A stretch of 64,000 nucleotides of DNA from a virus. How positions within the stretch are numbered: position 1 is the first letter of the stretch; every line of letters begins with the position of its first letter. Made by a program: the position numbers and the translations under genes. Shown here piece after piece: positions 19,012 through 28,161 of this stretch. The notes beneath the pieces are model-generated. The model was given only the letters and a program-made list of their open reading frames with translations, made no database searches and had not been told where the DNA came from. Location of the stretch: the IMG/VR virus record IMGVR_UViG_3300007512_002775, positions 1 to 64,000 of that record; one strand, 5' to 3'.

Positions 19012-19855
19012 TATTTTTCTCCAGCACAGGGATGATTTCTTCTTCTAATATTCTAATCGTCTCTTCGGGCCCAGAAGTCGAAAATGAACCTCCACTCGAA
19101 GCCAGAGCTGACCATAGACTGTGATCATTGCCTCCGGGATCACACTTATCCCCTATAAACCAAATAGGGCGCGCAGAGAAGTGCTTCAAGGCATGCGTTT
19201 TATCCCACCCCTTTGGATATATGTCGATCGATGTGACTCCCCCCAGTGCAAACTCTACATCCGCGAGGCCTAAATCATCTAAAGCTCCCCTCAAACTCTC
19301 GCAAAGCCTCGCGCGAATATTTTTCTTTTCGTCTAATCTAGCAAAAGCCTCCCGATCAACAGAAGTTGCGTCACGACCTATGGGAGACCAATTCAACGTT
19401 GCTGTTCTATATGAAACAAAATTCCCTGTCACGTGATTAAATCCTTGGTTGTCGTCAATAAATTGCAACTGTAATTCCAAAATACGCCTAATCAAAACTG
19501 TGTATACACTCTCATCATTGTAAGAAGCAAGGTAATCTCTAAAATCCAGGCCGTACTCTTGAATAAACTGCCGATGTTCAGTAGACCAAACAAAGAGCTG
19601 CGTTCCATTACAAGGCATTATCGTAAAAGATGCAGCCGGAAGAGAAGCAATTGAATTCCAAGCCAATGCTGCTTGACTCTCTATATACGAAAAAGGACTC
19701 CCGCTCACGATTCCAATATCGGCCAGCCTTGAAAGTTTTCGAAGAACAGGAACCATGGACCACTCCAACGACTCTCTAGGTGGAGTAATTGTGCCATCAA
19801 GATCAAAGAGAATCAATGGTTTGTTTTTACTCACGGCTTCCTGCAGTTTCGACAC
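18998..19855 (-). CDS. eukaryote-type phosphomannomutase (HAD-IIB)
   Basis: LFDLDGT.TPPR, R...LNWSPIGR, GG..SIDIYPKGWDK, FIGDK..PGGND. Confidence 0.85.
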   Translation of the reverse strand: MSKLQEAVSKNKPLILFDLDGTITPPRESLEWSMVPVLRKLSRLADIGIVSGSPFSYIESQAALAWNSIASLPAASFTIMPCNGTQLFVWSTEHRQFIQEYGLDFRDYLASYNDESVYTVLIRRILELQLQFIDDNQGFNHVTGNFVSYRTATLNWSPIGRDATSVDREAFARLDEKKNIRARLCESLRGALDDLGLADVEFALGGVTSIDIYPKGWDKTHALKHFSARPIWFIGDKCDPGGNDHSLWSALASSGGSFSTSGPEETIRILEEEIIPVLEKNSASN

Positions 19856-19916
19856 ACCAATACCTACGATTGTAACAATGGCCGCAATTGAGTTAACACT
19901 GGATTTTTAGCGGCGT

Positions 19917-20438
19917 TTAGTGCCTCAGCCGTCTTTTTAATTTGGCGTGTATAAGCACAGTAGAAGCGGGCTGAGCCGGAACCTTGAAAAGATCCATGCT
20001 GGTTTCATGAAGTAAATCAGACCCTTTTCTTTGGTTGCATCGAGTACAGGCTAATACTACATTTTTCCAAATATGTTTGCCACCTCTAGAGCGAGGCCGC
20101 ACATGATCTACGGTAGATTCCGGAAGAGAAAGTTTCTCTTGACAATATTGACATTGACCACAGTCGCGAAGATAGAGATTCATCTTCGTTAATCGCGCTG
20201 GCCCGCAGGCGGTCTTTATGCGTGCCGCAATTACCCCGCTGGTGAACCTGACTTTAGACGGAAACGGATGAGGCCCTGACGGGGTACCTATTGTCATCTC
20301 TTTATAGGTTTCAACAACTTCTGCTCGGCCGCCACACACGGCAGAGAGAGCTCTCTTCCACGTGGTCTGGAACAAGGGTTCATATCCAGAACTTAACATT
20401 AGTACAGGCGCAGAGATTGCGCATGAGACATCATGCAT
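19917..20438 (-). CDS. HNH endonuclease
   Basis: RD..CQYC..TVDHVRPRSRGG..W.NVV.AC..CN.RK. Confidence 0.9.
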   Translation of the reverse strand: MHDVSCAISAPVLMLSSGYEPLFQTTWKRALSAVCGGRAEVVETYKEMTIGTPSGPHPFPSKVRFTSGVIAARIKTACGPARLTKMNLYLRDCGQCQYCQEKLSLPESTVDHVRPRSRGGKHIWKNVVLACTRCNQRKGSDLLHETSMDLFKVPAQPASTVLIHAKLKRRLRH

Positions 20439-20475
20439 AGATTACCTCAACTAACTCTATTTTTAACTATTCTGC

Positions 20476-20841
20476 TTATACCGCCTTACGCAAATATTGG
20501 ATTACCAGTTTAGCGCGCCATCGACTTTGTGTTGTCGTGATGGGCCGATTACCAAAAGCCCTGCAGGAAGAACCCAGCAGGCCGCATAGATTTTTGAGCG
20601 CGGTAGCATGCTTACTATACGAAATAGATCCTTTGTCCCCGGAGAAAAGTGCTGCCTCATGAATGGCTCTTTTTAAGAGCTTACGAAATTTTCGCGTGGT
20701 TTTCCTGCGCTCTTTAGGAGATAATCCTTGCAACGATCGAAAAACGTACCCGGGCCCAGAACCGCAAAAAGGCACTACCTCTTCGTCTAGACACGCTAAA
20801 TTGATTATAATTTCATCCATAGACGGCATTGATGACCTCAT
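20476..20841 (-). CDS. hypothetical basic protein
   Basis: ORF directly after the promoter at 20853-20880. Confidence 0.5.
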   Translation of the reverse strand: MRSSMPSMDEIIINLACLDEEVVPFCGSGPGYVFRSLQGLSPKERRKTTRKFRKLLKRAIHEAALFSGDKGSISYSKHATALKNLCGLLGSSCRAFGNRPITTTQSRWRAKLVIQYLRKAV

Positions 20842-20852
20842 CTATCATGATC

Positions 20853-20880
20853 ATTATAATTTTGAGTCTCAGATTTTACA
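20853..20880 (-). promoter_or_regulatory. early promoter TGTAAA-N16-TATAAT
   Basis: repeated motif. Confidence 0.7.
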
Positions 20881-21034
20881 AATCGTCATCTGGTTCGACA
20901 TCATATAGCTCCTCTTCAAACATTTCCTTAGCGGATTCAATCACCGCAATTATTTCTGAATCTCCGGCTTCATCTACCAAAAGCTCGATCAGATGATCAA
21001 AAGCTCTTAAAACACTCAGGGAATCTCTTACCAT
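20876..21034 (-). CDS. small acidic protein (52 aa)
   Basis: below ORF-track cutoff; GGAGG RBS; MVRDSLSVLRAFDHLIELL...DVEPDDDL. Confidence 0.55.
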   Translation of the reverse strand: MVRDSLSVLRAFDHLIELLVDEAGDSEIIAVIESAKEMFEEELYDVEPDDDL

Positions 21035-21148
21035 AGGGTTACCTCCGAAGTAATTATCACTACTTTCCTAATTTGTAAATTATGCTGTTAGTAATAATTG
21101 TGGCTCAATTATTTTTACTCAATAATTAAACATTAGAGGTTTACCCTA

Positions 21149-21391
21149 ATGAAGATCACCGAAAACCAACTCAGGATTATCGTCCGGAGCGCTCTAACCG
21201 AATTATTTGTTCGACCGAAGCATAGAAAATCGTTCTTACAACGAGCGCTAGGTGCTAAATACCAAGGCCCGGAATACAGTGGCGACCCGAGCGATCCGGG
21301 TTTTGGAGAATTCGAAGAAGAAAGCATGGACGAAGTAGACGAGCTCGATGAAATCAACACGCAACATTCTGGCAGGCCTGAGACGTTTTAA
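21149..21391 (+). CDS. tagged small protein
   Basis: MKITENQLRIIVRSALTE; ATAATTA at 21122-21128. Confidence 0.7.
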   Translation: MKITENQLRIIVRSALTELFVRPKHRKSFLQRALGAKYQGPEYSGDPSDPGFGEFEEESMDEVDELDEINTQHSGRPETF

Positions 21392-21830
21392 TCAGAGTGT
21401 TTATCGTTATGCACGCAACGCTGTGCGTGCTGTCGATGTAACTCCTTTTTTGGGATTTCTATTCATCGCTAACATTATAGACGCCGCCCTTTCGCTGCAG
21501 TGGATAAAAATGAACGTAGCCGAGGAAGCCAATCCACTCATGGCGTACCTCATCGACCTAGACCCTAGGCTCTTCTTAATCGTCAAAATCTCTCTAATTA
21601 CTTTATCGTGCATCATCCTATGGAGATTCAGCAATCATACTGGAGCGAAGATTTTCGCTCTACTTGCTGCAATTCTATATGCCGCCATTCTGGGCATCCA
21701 CCTGGTCGGAGCTTTTGATGCCGGCATCTTGCTCGTACCTTCCCAAGCAGAGCTGGAGGAGAGGGCGTTGAGCCTATGGAACACCGTGTCGGAGTGGCTA
21801 TCGCTGCACATTGTTAAATACCAAAATTAG
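21348..21830 (+). CDS. membrane protein (DUF5658-like); start uncertain
   Basis: N..D..LS..W.....EANPLM, several TM helices. Confidence 0.7.
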   Translation: MKSTRNILAGLRRFNQSVYRYARNAVRAVDVTPFLGFLFIANIIDAALSLQWIKMNVAEEANPLMAYLIDLDPRLFLIVKISLITLSCIILWRFSNHTGAKIFALLAAILYAAILGIHLVGAFDAGILLVPSQAELEERALSLWNTVSEWLSLHIVKYQN

Positions 21831-22030
21831 CCATCAACATGATGCAGTTCATGCATTTTACAAGTAAGTTGTCGGCCGTCATCCAGTTTTAATACACAGA
21901 GTAATTCTTTCGAAGCAGTACCTCCGACTAGCCATTGGGGGTTATCTGCTGTTATTATCTCTACAATTATCCCTTTGATAGTTGCATCCAAAAAGGCTTG
22001 CACCTCATCTCCTACTCGCATGGCTCTCAT
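21827..22030 (-). CDS. small SH3-like protein
   Basis: MRVGDEV...GIIVE. Confidence 0.55.
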   Translation of the reverse strand: MRAMRVGDEVQAFLDATIKGIIVEIITADNPQWLVGGTASKELLCVLKLDDGRQLTCKMHELHHVDG

Positions 22031-22365
22031 TACACTTCTCCTTTGGTCTTATTACTCCATTTAAGCTTTTTAATGTGTTCCTCCAAGTACTCTTGTAGCA
22101 CCGCATCGTTGTCTTTTGCCCAAGACTCCATTTCACTTGATTTCAACTCATCGAGCATCGACCACAAAGATTCATTTTCATCTTTGAGTTCTTTGATTAA
22201 GCTCAAGCAGTAGTTCAGAGATGTATCCACCCACACATCAGGTGAAGAGCCAGCTGGCCTGAGGCGGGTGTCGAGCCAGTCGCGGATGTCTCCTAGCCTC
22301 TCTTCATCTGACTTTCCCTCATCCGCAGGAGAGGGAGTTGTTGCCTTCAATTCATTAAACTTCAT
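22030..22365 (-). CDS. hypothetical coiled-coil protein
   Basis: 111-aa ORF in operon. Confidence 0.55.
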   Translation of the reverse strand: MKFNELKATTPSPADEGKSDEERLGDIRDWLDTRLRPAGSSPDVWVDTSLNYCLSLIKELKDENESLWSMLDELKSSEMESWAKDNDAVLQEYLEEHIKKLKWSNKTKGEV

Positions 22366-23428
22366 CGATAAGAAACCTCGCTATTGAGTCTAGTTTTGCT
22401 GTGTAAGAAGTACCGTAAAATCCGTATAAAGCGGCAGCCACGCTTGAGAGCAAAGAGTTTCCGTCTTGAGGGGTAAAAACAAACCCAGTGATTTTACTCA
22501 TTGTTGCGGAATAATGAACCACATTGATGCTGGGCGCGCATACCACAGCTTGATTGTATATGCGACCGTAAAACCCGTGATCACGGCCAAAACTGAATAT
22601 TCTATTGGCCGAGGCGTGGTGGGTAATAGTAATAAATTTATCATTAGCTACCTTTTCTAACACTTGTTCGGGTGTGAATATCCCCTTTACAACAACGGAA
22701 AACCTCACCATATGCATGTATTGCGAGTTAACTTTCAGCGCGCTGGAAAATATCGGCATCTCGTAAGACGTCTTAGTCTTGAATAGATCGCTCACGTCTC
22801 TGGCATGATGCGTGCCAAAGGTCGAATCAGAATGGCCAGTAGCTGTAGGCGAAGGAATGAACCCTCTATCTTGACTCGCATCATTTGCGCGGCGGATGCA
22901 CACGAAATCGCCATCCAATACCTTCGTCGCGTCGTCCCCCGAAAGAGCCAGAATAAGCCGCGTAATTGCATGAGTATTGCAGCTCACGACTTGGATGAAG
23001 TTGGGCTCTTCTGTTACCAGCTCTGCATCGTTTACCCCCCACGCGAAAGGAAACCCAAACCCCTTTTCGCTGCCTTGAGCAATGAACATCTTATCAGAAT
23101 TGTCTGCATGGGATTGATAAAACAGTTCCTTGTTGTCATTGCCGGCCGGCGTACAGTCGATCACTACTTGCGAAACTTCTAACGCTTGCTCCATAGTATG
23201 TGTTACTTCATGGCCCAAGCTTATGAAATTTTCCACCTGATCTTCGTTTACAACTAGTTGAGCCCCTTGGCTGATTAAGCTATTGACTTTAGCGATCTCA
23301 TACTGAAGCGGAGTCCGCTTATGGAAAAGAACGCAATCGATCCCCAGCTCTTCTTTGAGTCTGGCTAGCAGGCCGATGAGAGGCTCCCCGATCGTTCCCG
23401 TGCCAATGACTAATACAGTCTTGCTCAT
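22355..23428 (-). CDS. type II (archaeal-like) glyceraldehyde-3-phosphate dehydrogenase homologue
   Basis: VIGTGTIG, VIDCTP, QGSEK, VVSCNT, RRAND, HHARDV, MH. Confidence 0.75.
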   Translation of the reverse strand: MSKTVLVIGTGTIGEPLIGLLARLKEELGIDCVLFHKRTPLQYEIAKVNSLISQGAQLVVNEDQVENFISLGHEVTHTMEQALEVSQVVIDCTPAGNDNKELFYQSHADNSDKMFIAQGSEKGFGFPFAWGVNDAELVTEEPNFIQVVSCNTHAITRLILALSGDDATKVLDGDFVCIRRANDASQDRGFIPSPTATGHSDSTFGTHHARDVSDLFKTKTSYEMPIFSSALKVNSQYMHMVRFSVVVKGIFTPEQVLEKVANDKFITITHHASANRIFSFGRDHGFYGRIYNQAVVCAPSINVVHYSATMSKITGFVFTPQDGNSLLSSVAAALYGFYGTSYTAKLDSIARFLIDEV

Positions 23429-23488
23429 TCGCTCCTCGATGCTGCAAGACAAATTCTACAAATGTTAGGTGGTTTGTAACAGAAGGGA

Positions 23489-23818
23489 TTAAAATGCCAC
23501 TGATTCACCACAGCCACACATGCCAGTCGCAGTTGGCGTATTGAACTTGAACCCTGTGGACATCAGCGTCTCCTCCCAATCGATCTCTGTACCGATCAAG
23601 AAGAGATAAGACTTTTTATCGCACGCGAGAGAAAGGCCGTCGTACTCAAAGAGGCGATGAGTTTTTTCTGGCGGAGGCTCTATGAACTCTATCTCATACA
23701 TGAACCCAGAACATCCACCGGCGTTCAGCTTGATGTTGAGGACGTAGTCGTCCGGTTTGTTCAGTTTCTTCTTGAGTTCTATGGCTCGAGCGAGAGCATC
23801 ATGAGTTATCGTTACCAT
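23489..23818 (-). CDS. HesB/IscA Fe-S cluster carrier
   Basis: GGCSGFMY, D.KS..FL.G.EID, CGCGES. Confidence 0.92.
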   Translation of the reverse strand: MVTITHDALARAIELKKKLNKPDDYVLNIKLNAGGCSGFMYEIEFIEPPPEKTHRLFEYDGLSLACDKKSYLFLIGTEIDWEETLMSTGFKFNTPTATGMCGCGESVAF

Positions 23819-24288
23819 GCTGATTCTTTGATCATCTCTCTTACAGTGCGCCTCAGGAGAGATTCGTTCATCCAGGCATCGCGTTTTTGATGCATGGCAT
23901 ATAACTCGTCGTCCCATGGGCCTTCTCCGCCGTACTTGATACAGTTGACTATTGCTTCTTCAGCAGTAAACTCTTTGTAGACTTCAGGCTGGTACATGTC
24001 GTAATAGAATTCTTTATCGATTCCACCTGGCTTAGTCGCACTTGTTTGGTAGTCAAAGACCAGGTCCCCCATCTCAACCCAGCCATGGACAATGGGCTTC
24101 GGTGGGCTCTTCCATTTATCTGTTACAGTGCCGTGGACGACCTTGAACTTGTCCTTGTTGTTGAGGTCTCTATGTTTTTGTGGGGCTCTACCTGGCGTAC
24201 CTTTTATGAAATGATTCTCAAACCATTCATCAGCTTTTTGATACGCGAAAGGAAAACACAAGCCAGTCGGTTGAATATTTTTTGGCAC
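23812..24288 (-). CDS. hypothetical protein with C-terminal tag
   Basis: ends NESLLRRTVREMIKESAW. Confidence 0.6.
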   Translation of the reverse strand: MPKNIQPTGLCFPFAYQKADEWFENHFIKGTPGRAPQKHRDLNNKDKFKVVHGTVTDKWKSPPKPIVHGWVEMGDLVFDYQTSATKPGGIDKEFYYDMYQPEVYKEFTAEEAIVNCIKYGGEGPWDDELYAMHQKRDAWMNESLLRRTVREMIKESAW

Positions 24289-24292
24289 TCTG

Positions 24293-24763
24293 TTACTTCC
24301 ACCCTGATCGAGGCTGCTCTAGATCAGGCTGCTGTGTATAGTCGATCGTGATCTCTGTTCCTGGTTCTAAATCGTTATAAGGAAAAAGATGCCTCTCGTT
24401 TCCGATCCACGCATTGTAACAAGTGGGATTGCTCGAATGATTGTGGTACTTTCCGAGCTCAGTGACATCGTAACGGCCCGAGGGCAGTAAGATCTGCGCA
24501 GCACCTAGGTCAGCATCGGCCGATATCGGCTCCATTGCAAAGACGCCTAGGCCTTGAATAGGAGAATTACGAACTGCTAATGCCTCAGAAATCGTGAGGC
24601 CTCCATCATTAGATTCCAAGATCCAGCTTCGGATGCATTCACGCAGCATCCCCATCTTTATCAGATAGTCGCTCACCTTCTTCAGCTGCGCTGGATCGCG
24701 CTCGGATTCATAGCCCGGACGGTCCAAAAACAGGTCACTGCGTGTGGTGGATCGAAAAGCCAT
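24293..24763 (-). CDS. SET-domain protein (putative lysine methyltransferase) with tag
   Basis: LRECIRSWILES, then S.IQGLGVFA, YHNHSSNP, GTEITIDY. Confidence 0.8.
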   Translation of the reverse strand: MAFRSTTRSDLFLDRPGYESERDPAQLKKVSDYLIKMGMLRECIRSWILESNDGGLTISEALAVRNSPIQGLGVFAMEPISADADLGAAQILLPSGRYDVTELGKYHNHSSNPTCYNAWIGNERHLFPYNDLEPGTEITIDYTQQPDLEQPRSGWK

Positions 24764-24765
24764 GT

Positions 24766-25146
24766 CTACCCCTTGATGTAAGCCGTCCAGCTCCAGAGTG
24801 CGCGCTTCTCCAGATATGTGTACTTCCTTTCGTTGGCGTACGCTTCACGCTCAAAGGGGCTCTCACGATAGGCCGTCTTGGCGTCTTTGTATTTCGCTAA
24901 GCCCCTGATCCAAAAAACTACATATAACAAGAAAAAACCGAAGATGAACAGTTCTAGCTGTTGGTGAAAATGGATGGTCTCGTGGCGGCGTTGCGTCTTG
25001 GAAAGCTCGCCCCTACAAAAAATTAATCCTAGGAGGCTTATGGCTCCTATTTCTATGGGAGCAATCTTCGACAACCAGGCTGGTATATTGCTATTCTCGA
25101 AGATCTTGGGGCTTTGCTTCGAGATATATTTTTGTAACCATCCCAC
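24766..25146 (-). CDS. zincin-like membrane-associated protein
   Basis: HETIH..Q..E, hydrophobic segment, PFEREAY. Confidence 0.6.
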   Translation of the reverse strand: MGWLQKYISKQSPKIFENSNIPAWLSKIAPIEIGAISLLGLIFCRGELSKTQRRHETIHFHQQLELFIFGFFLLYVVFWIRGLAKYKDAKTAYRESPFEREAYANERKYTYLEKRALWSWTAYIKG

Positions 25147-25152
25147 GCGCGC

Positions 25153-25458
25153 TCACCCGCCGCTAGCGTACGGGCTCAGCAGAGTTTTGATCTTCTTCTC
25201 TAGGCTACCAGCTAAGTCGCCGGCTTCAGCTGCGGCAGCCGTCAGCTGCAGTATGGTCATGACTTCATCTGTTTGATTGGGCGGCAAGTCTGGCAGCTTC
25301 TCTTTGACGAAGTCTTGCAATGTCACTTTTGCTCCAGATGCCGAGAGCGATTCCTGCTCTTGTTCATTCAGTTGCTGTGTGTGGTATTTGACGATGATAG
25401 TCCGTAGTTCTTCACGAATAACTCTTCGAATCTCTTTTTCAGTGAACATATTATACAC
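25153..25458 (-). CDS. tagged small protein
   Basis: FTEKEIRRVIREEL...LNEQ; ATACTTA at 25474-25480. Confidence 0.7.
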   Translation of the reverse strand: MYNMFTEKEIRRVIREELRTIIVKYHTQQLNEQEQESLSASGAKVTLQDFVKEKLPDLPPNQTDEVMTILQLTAAAAEAGDLAGSLEKKIKTLLSPYASGG

Positions 25459-25492
25459 TCCTACACTGTTTTCTAAGTATTTATGAAGTTCA

Positions 25493-26521
25493 CTAAAACT
25501 TCAACAATGCATGTGGAGAGCTCTCAGTTTGCGATGCATGCGTCTGTTCAATAAAGCGCGACCTAGCCCTTAGTTCCATTAAGTTGTATGCCCCTGTGTA
25601 AGAAAGGCCACTGCGAACCCCCCACTCTAAATCATGCAATACGTCAGCAACGGGCCCTTTGATCGTTACAGTAGTTGAAACGCCCTCTATAGAACCTATC
25701 TTGCCGCGCCACGCCTTTTGTGCTTCATGAGATGCCATCCCTCTATAGATCTTACGAGGAGCACCGTCATTAGTTCGTAAAATCATTCCGGGAGTCTCAT
25801 CGGTTCCTGCGAGCAATGAACCACACATGATTACATCAGCTCCGGCCGCCAAGGCTTTGACCATATCTCCCGAGTTTTTGATGCCTCCGTCTGCAATGAG
25901 AATGGCGTCACGATCTGATGTTGCACAGTCCAATACACTCTGCAGCGTAGGAATCCCGTGGCCCGTCTGTACTCGAGTAGAGCAGATCGAACCACCGCCG
26001 ACTCCCACTCTAATACTATCCGCTCCCCAATCAGACAAGTCGTTAAAGGCTTCTAACGTGGCTACATTTCCTGCCATCAAATGAACTGATTTGCCAAAAA
26101 TATCACGCAACGTCTTTAGTGCCTTTTTCATCAATGCATGATGCCCGTGAGCAACGTCTAAGCAAAATATTCTACACCCAGCATCATACAGAGCAGTCGC
26201 TCGATCTTCGAAATCGCCTGTAATTCCCACGGCTGCTCCAAACACAGCCCCCGATTGAGCGGTTACAACCTCTTTGACCATAGAAGCCTGTTCTTCAACA
26301 GTATTGTAACGATGGAGAATCCCCAAAGCACCTGCCTTATGCATAGCGATGGCCATCTCTGTGCCTGTCACTGTATCCATGGGTGCCGAAATAATTGGAA
26401 GCCTCAAACGATCCTTTCTCCATCTGGTCAATTCAGTGGACAAATCGATCTGAACTCGAGTTTCAATATTGCTGTACCGCGGCTCTAACAAGACGTCATC
26501 AAAACAAATCGCGCGTCGCAC
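25493..26521 (-). CDS. IMP dehydrogenase / GMP reductase family (no CBS domains)
   Basis: FDDVLL.P, SAPMDTVT, DVAHGH, GNVAT, VGVGGGSICSTR, ADGGI, YRGMAS; GTG start with AGGAGG. Confidence 0.9.
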   Translation of the reverse strand: MRRAICFDDVLLEPRYSNIETRVQIDLSTELTRWRKDRLRLPIISAPMDTVTGTEMAIAMHKAGALGILHRYNTVEEQASMVKEVVTAQSGAVFGAAVGITGDFEDRATALYDAGCRIFCLDVAHGHHALMKKALKTLRDIFGKSVHLMAGNVATLEAFNDLSDWGADSIRVGVGGGSICSTRVQTGHGIPTLQSVLDCATSDRDAILIADGGIKNSGDMVKALAAGADVIMCGSLLAGTDETPGMILRTNDGAPRKIYRGMASHEAQKAWRGKIGSIEGVSTTVTIKGPVADVLHDLEWGVRSGLSYTGAYNLMELRARSRFIEQTHASQTESSPHALLKF

Positions 26522-26589
26522 GTCTCCTCCTTTAAGCATACACTCAACCAAAAATAAAAACTACTAGACTGCTGTATATAGAAGCAGGT

Positions 26590-26802
26590 TTATTTAACTA
26601 CTCGTAAACTTTGAATGGGAATTTTTTTCACAATGCGAGAACCGAAAAGAACATCAACTACTTTAGTTTCGTAAGCGCCAGTGGAGAGTTTATCTATGGA
26701 AAGCACACAGCCATAAGGACCTTTAATTATTATACCTGTTACAGCCTCCGATTCTCCCTCTTTATCAATAACTTCGAATAAAACTAAACTCCCCCTAGTC
26801 AT
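26590..26802 (-). CDS. small SH3-like protein
   Basis: G.LV...GIII...VDVLF. Confidence 0.5.
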   Translation of the reverse strand: MTRGSLVLFEVIDKEGESEAVTGIIIKGPYGCVLSIDKLSTGAYETKVVDVLFGSRIVKKIPIQSLRVVK

Positions 26803-26986
26803 CCAGAGGGCCGACGTCTTTATGGGTTACTACCCAGCTTTCTCCCTTGACTAAGACCTCGAATGTAGGCGGTGTTTCGGTAGGAAACTTTCTTAATATG
26901 ATCCCTGGAACTCGGTGCGCGCGCGCATCGCTTCTATCCAGCTGCACCATGATCAGATCACCTACTTCCACGTAGATAAATATCAC
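26795..26986 (-). CDS. small SH3-like protein
   Basis: VEVGDLI...GIIL. Confidence 0.5.
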   Translation of the reverse strand: MIFIYVEVGDLIMVQLDRSDARAHRVPGIILRKFPTETPPTFEVLVKGESWVVTHKDVGPLDD

Positions 26987-26991
26987 ATAGA

Positions 26992-27210
26992 CTAATCCAT
27001 CAAGGTTTGGAACCTTTGAGCTGTTTCAGGATCTACTTCGAAACACGCAAGATACTTGTTTTCAGGTTTCACTTCATCAGCTGATGTCACGGGACGCCAG
27101 CCTAAGCAATCACGATTCCACCCCAGGATCCTCTCGCACTTGAACCGCTCTACAGTCAGAAGACGCGCAAAAAGGTAGCCAGCTGCAAACGGAATGAGTA
27201 TCTCAAACAC
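26992..27210 (-). CDS. small membrane-anchored protein
   Basis: N-terminal hydrophobic helix. Confidence 0.5.
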   Translation of the reverse strand: MFEILIPFAAGYLFARLLTVERFKCERILGWNRDCLGWRPVTSADEVKPENKYLACFEVDPETAQRFQTLMD

Positions 27211-27793
27211 GATTTTTCTCGTACATGTTCTTTACCGTCGTAAACAGGCCGGGGTTGACTCGCAGCGCATCTTGCAAGATATCGTTCCGGATGATGTTCC
27301 TAGTGTGGCAGCTCGAAGTGTTTGTAGGATCTTCGACGTGGGGATACTCACTAAAGCGCTGCCATAGATCCTCGGGAGAGGTTAACAGGAATGGCCGCAA
27401 GACCGACGCATCGGGGCGCAAGATTGGGGTAAGTGTAGGATTGCCTCGCAACGCTGAAAAGATCCACCACTCTACAGCATCCTTGAGATGGTGCGCAGTG
27501 ATCACCGGGAGATCGAATTCCGAAAAAAACTCGTACCTCGCCTGGCGCCATGATGCCTCAGAAGCCTTACCATCTTTCGGGTATCGTCCTACTACGCACG
27601 GAATCCCTCTCGCTGCGCAAAATTCTCGTACGAATTCCTCTGCTTCATCTCCGTGAGAAGTACCGTGATTAAAATAAGCCACAGTAACATGGCGTTTGCC
27701 TCGCACCAGAAACTCTAGGGCCGACATACTATCTCTGCCGCCGCTACAAGCCAGTACTACTTCAATGGGGATCTTGCACGCAAGTCTGATCAT
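27203..27793 (-). CDS. TilS-like PP-loop ATPase (N-terminal domain only)
   Basis: SGGRDS, NHG, R.ARY, AHH..D..E, RPFL, EDPTN, RN.IR. Confidence 0.85.
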   Translation of the reverse strand: MIRLACKIPIEVVLACSGGRDSMSALEFLVRGKRHVTVAYFNHGTSHGDEAEEFVREFCAARGIPCVVGRYPKDGKASEASWRQARYEFFSEFDLPVITAHHLKDAVEWWIFSALRGNPTLTPILRPDASVLRPFLLTSPEDLWQRFSEYPHVEDPTNTSSCHTRNIIRNDILQDALRVNPGLFTTVKNMYEKNRV

Positions 27794-27813
27794 GTGATTC
27801 CCTCTTCGAGAAT

Positions 27814-28095
27814 TTAGAGATGCTTCTCTCGTTCTCGCTTTCGCTTCTCTCGAAGTGCACGTCGCTGGGCCTTTGTCTTGGGCCGGCCTCGTTGTGAGGG
27901 TTTATCACTGTCGTCGGCCTCTACCTTCTTTTCCTTAACAGGCTCACGCCATGTCTTGACGATGAAGGTGCCATCTGAATTCATGCGCTTGATCTTGACC
28001 AAAAGGTTTCGAGAAGTCTCGGCCAAGAGCTGGCTGCGGCGAGTATCAGCGGCCTCAAAAGTTGCGTGCTTGGAATCGTTCTTCCAATCTTTCAT
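27814..28095 (-). CDS. hypothetical basic protein
   Basis: 93-aa Lys/Arg-rich ORF. Confidence 0.55.
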   Translation of the reverse strand: MKDWKNDSKHATFEAADTRRSQLLAETSRNLLVKIKRMNSDGTFIVKTWREPVKEKKVEADDSDKPSQRGRPKTKAQRRALREKRKREREKHL

Positions 28096-28161
28096 GAAAT
28101 GACCCTAGCTTAGTGAACTAAACAAGAGTATTGAAGAAGGGGTTAATGTACAGCAGTTAAA

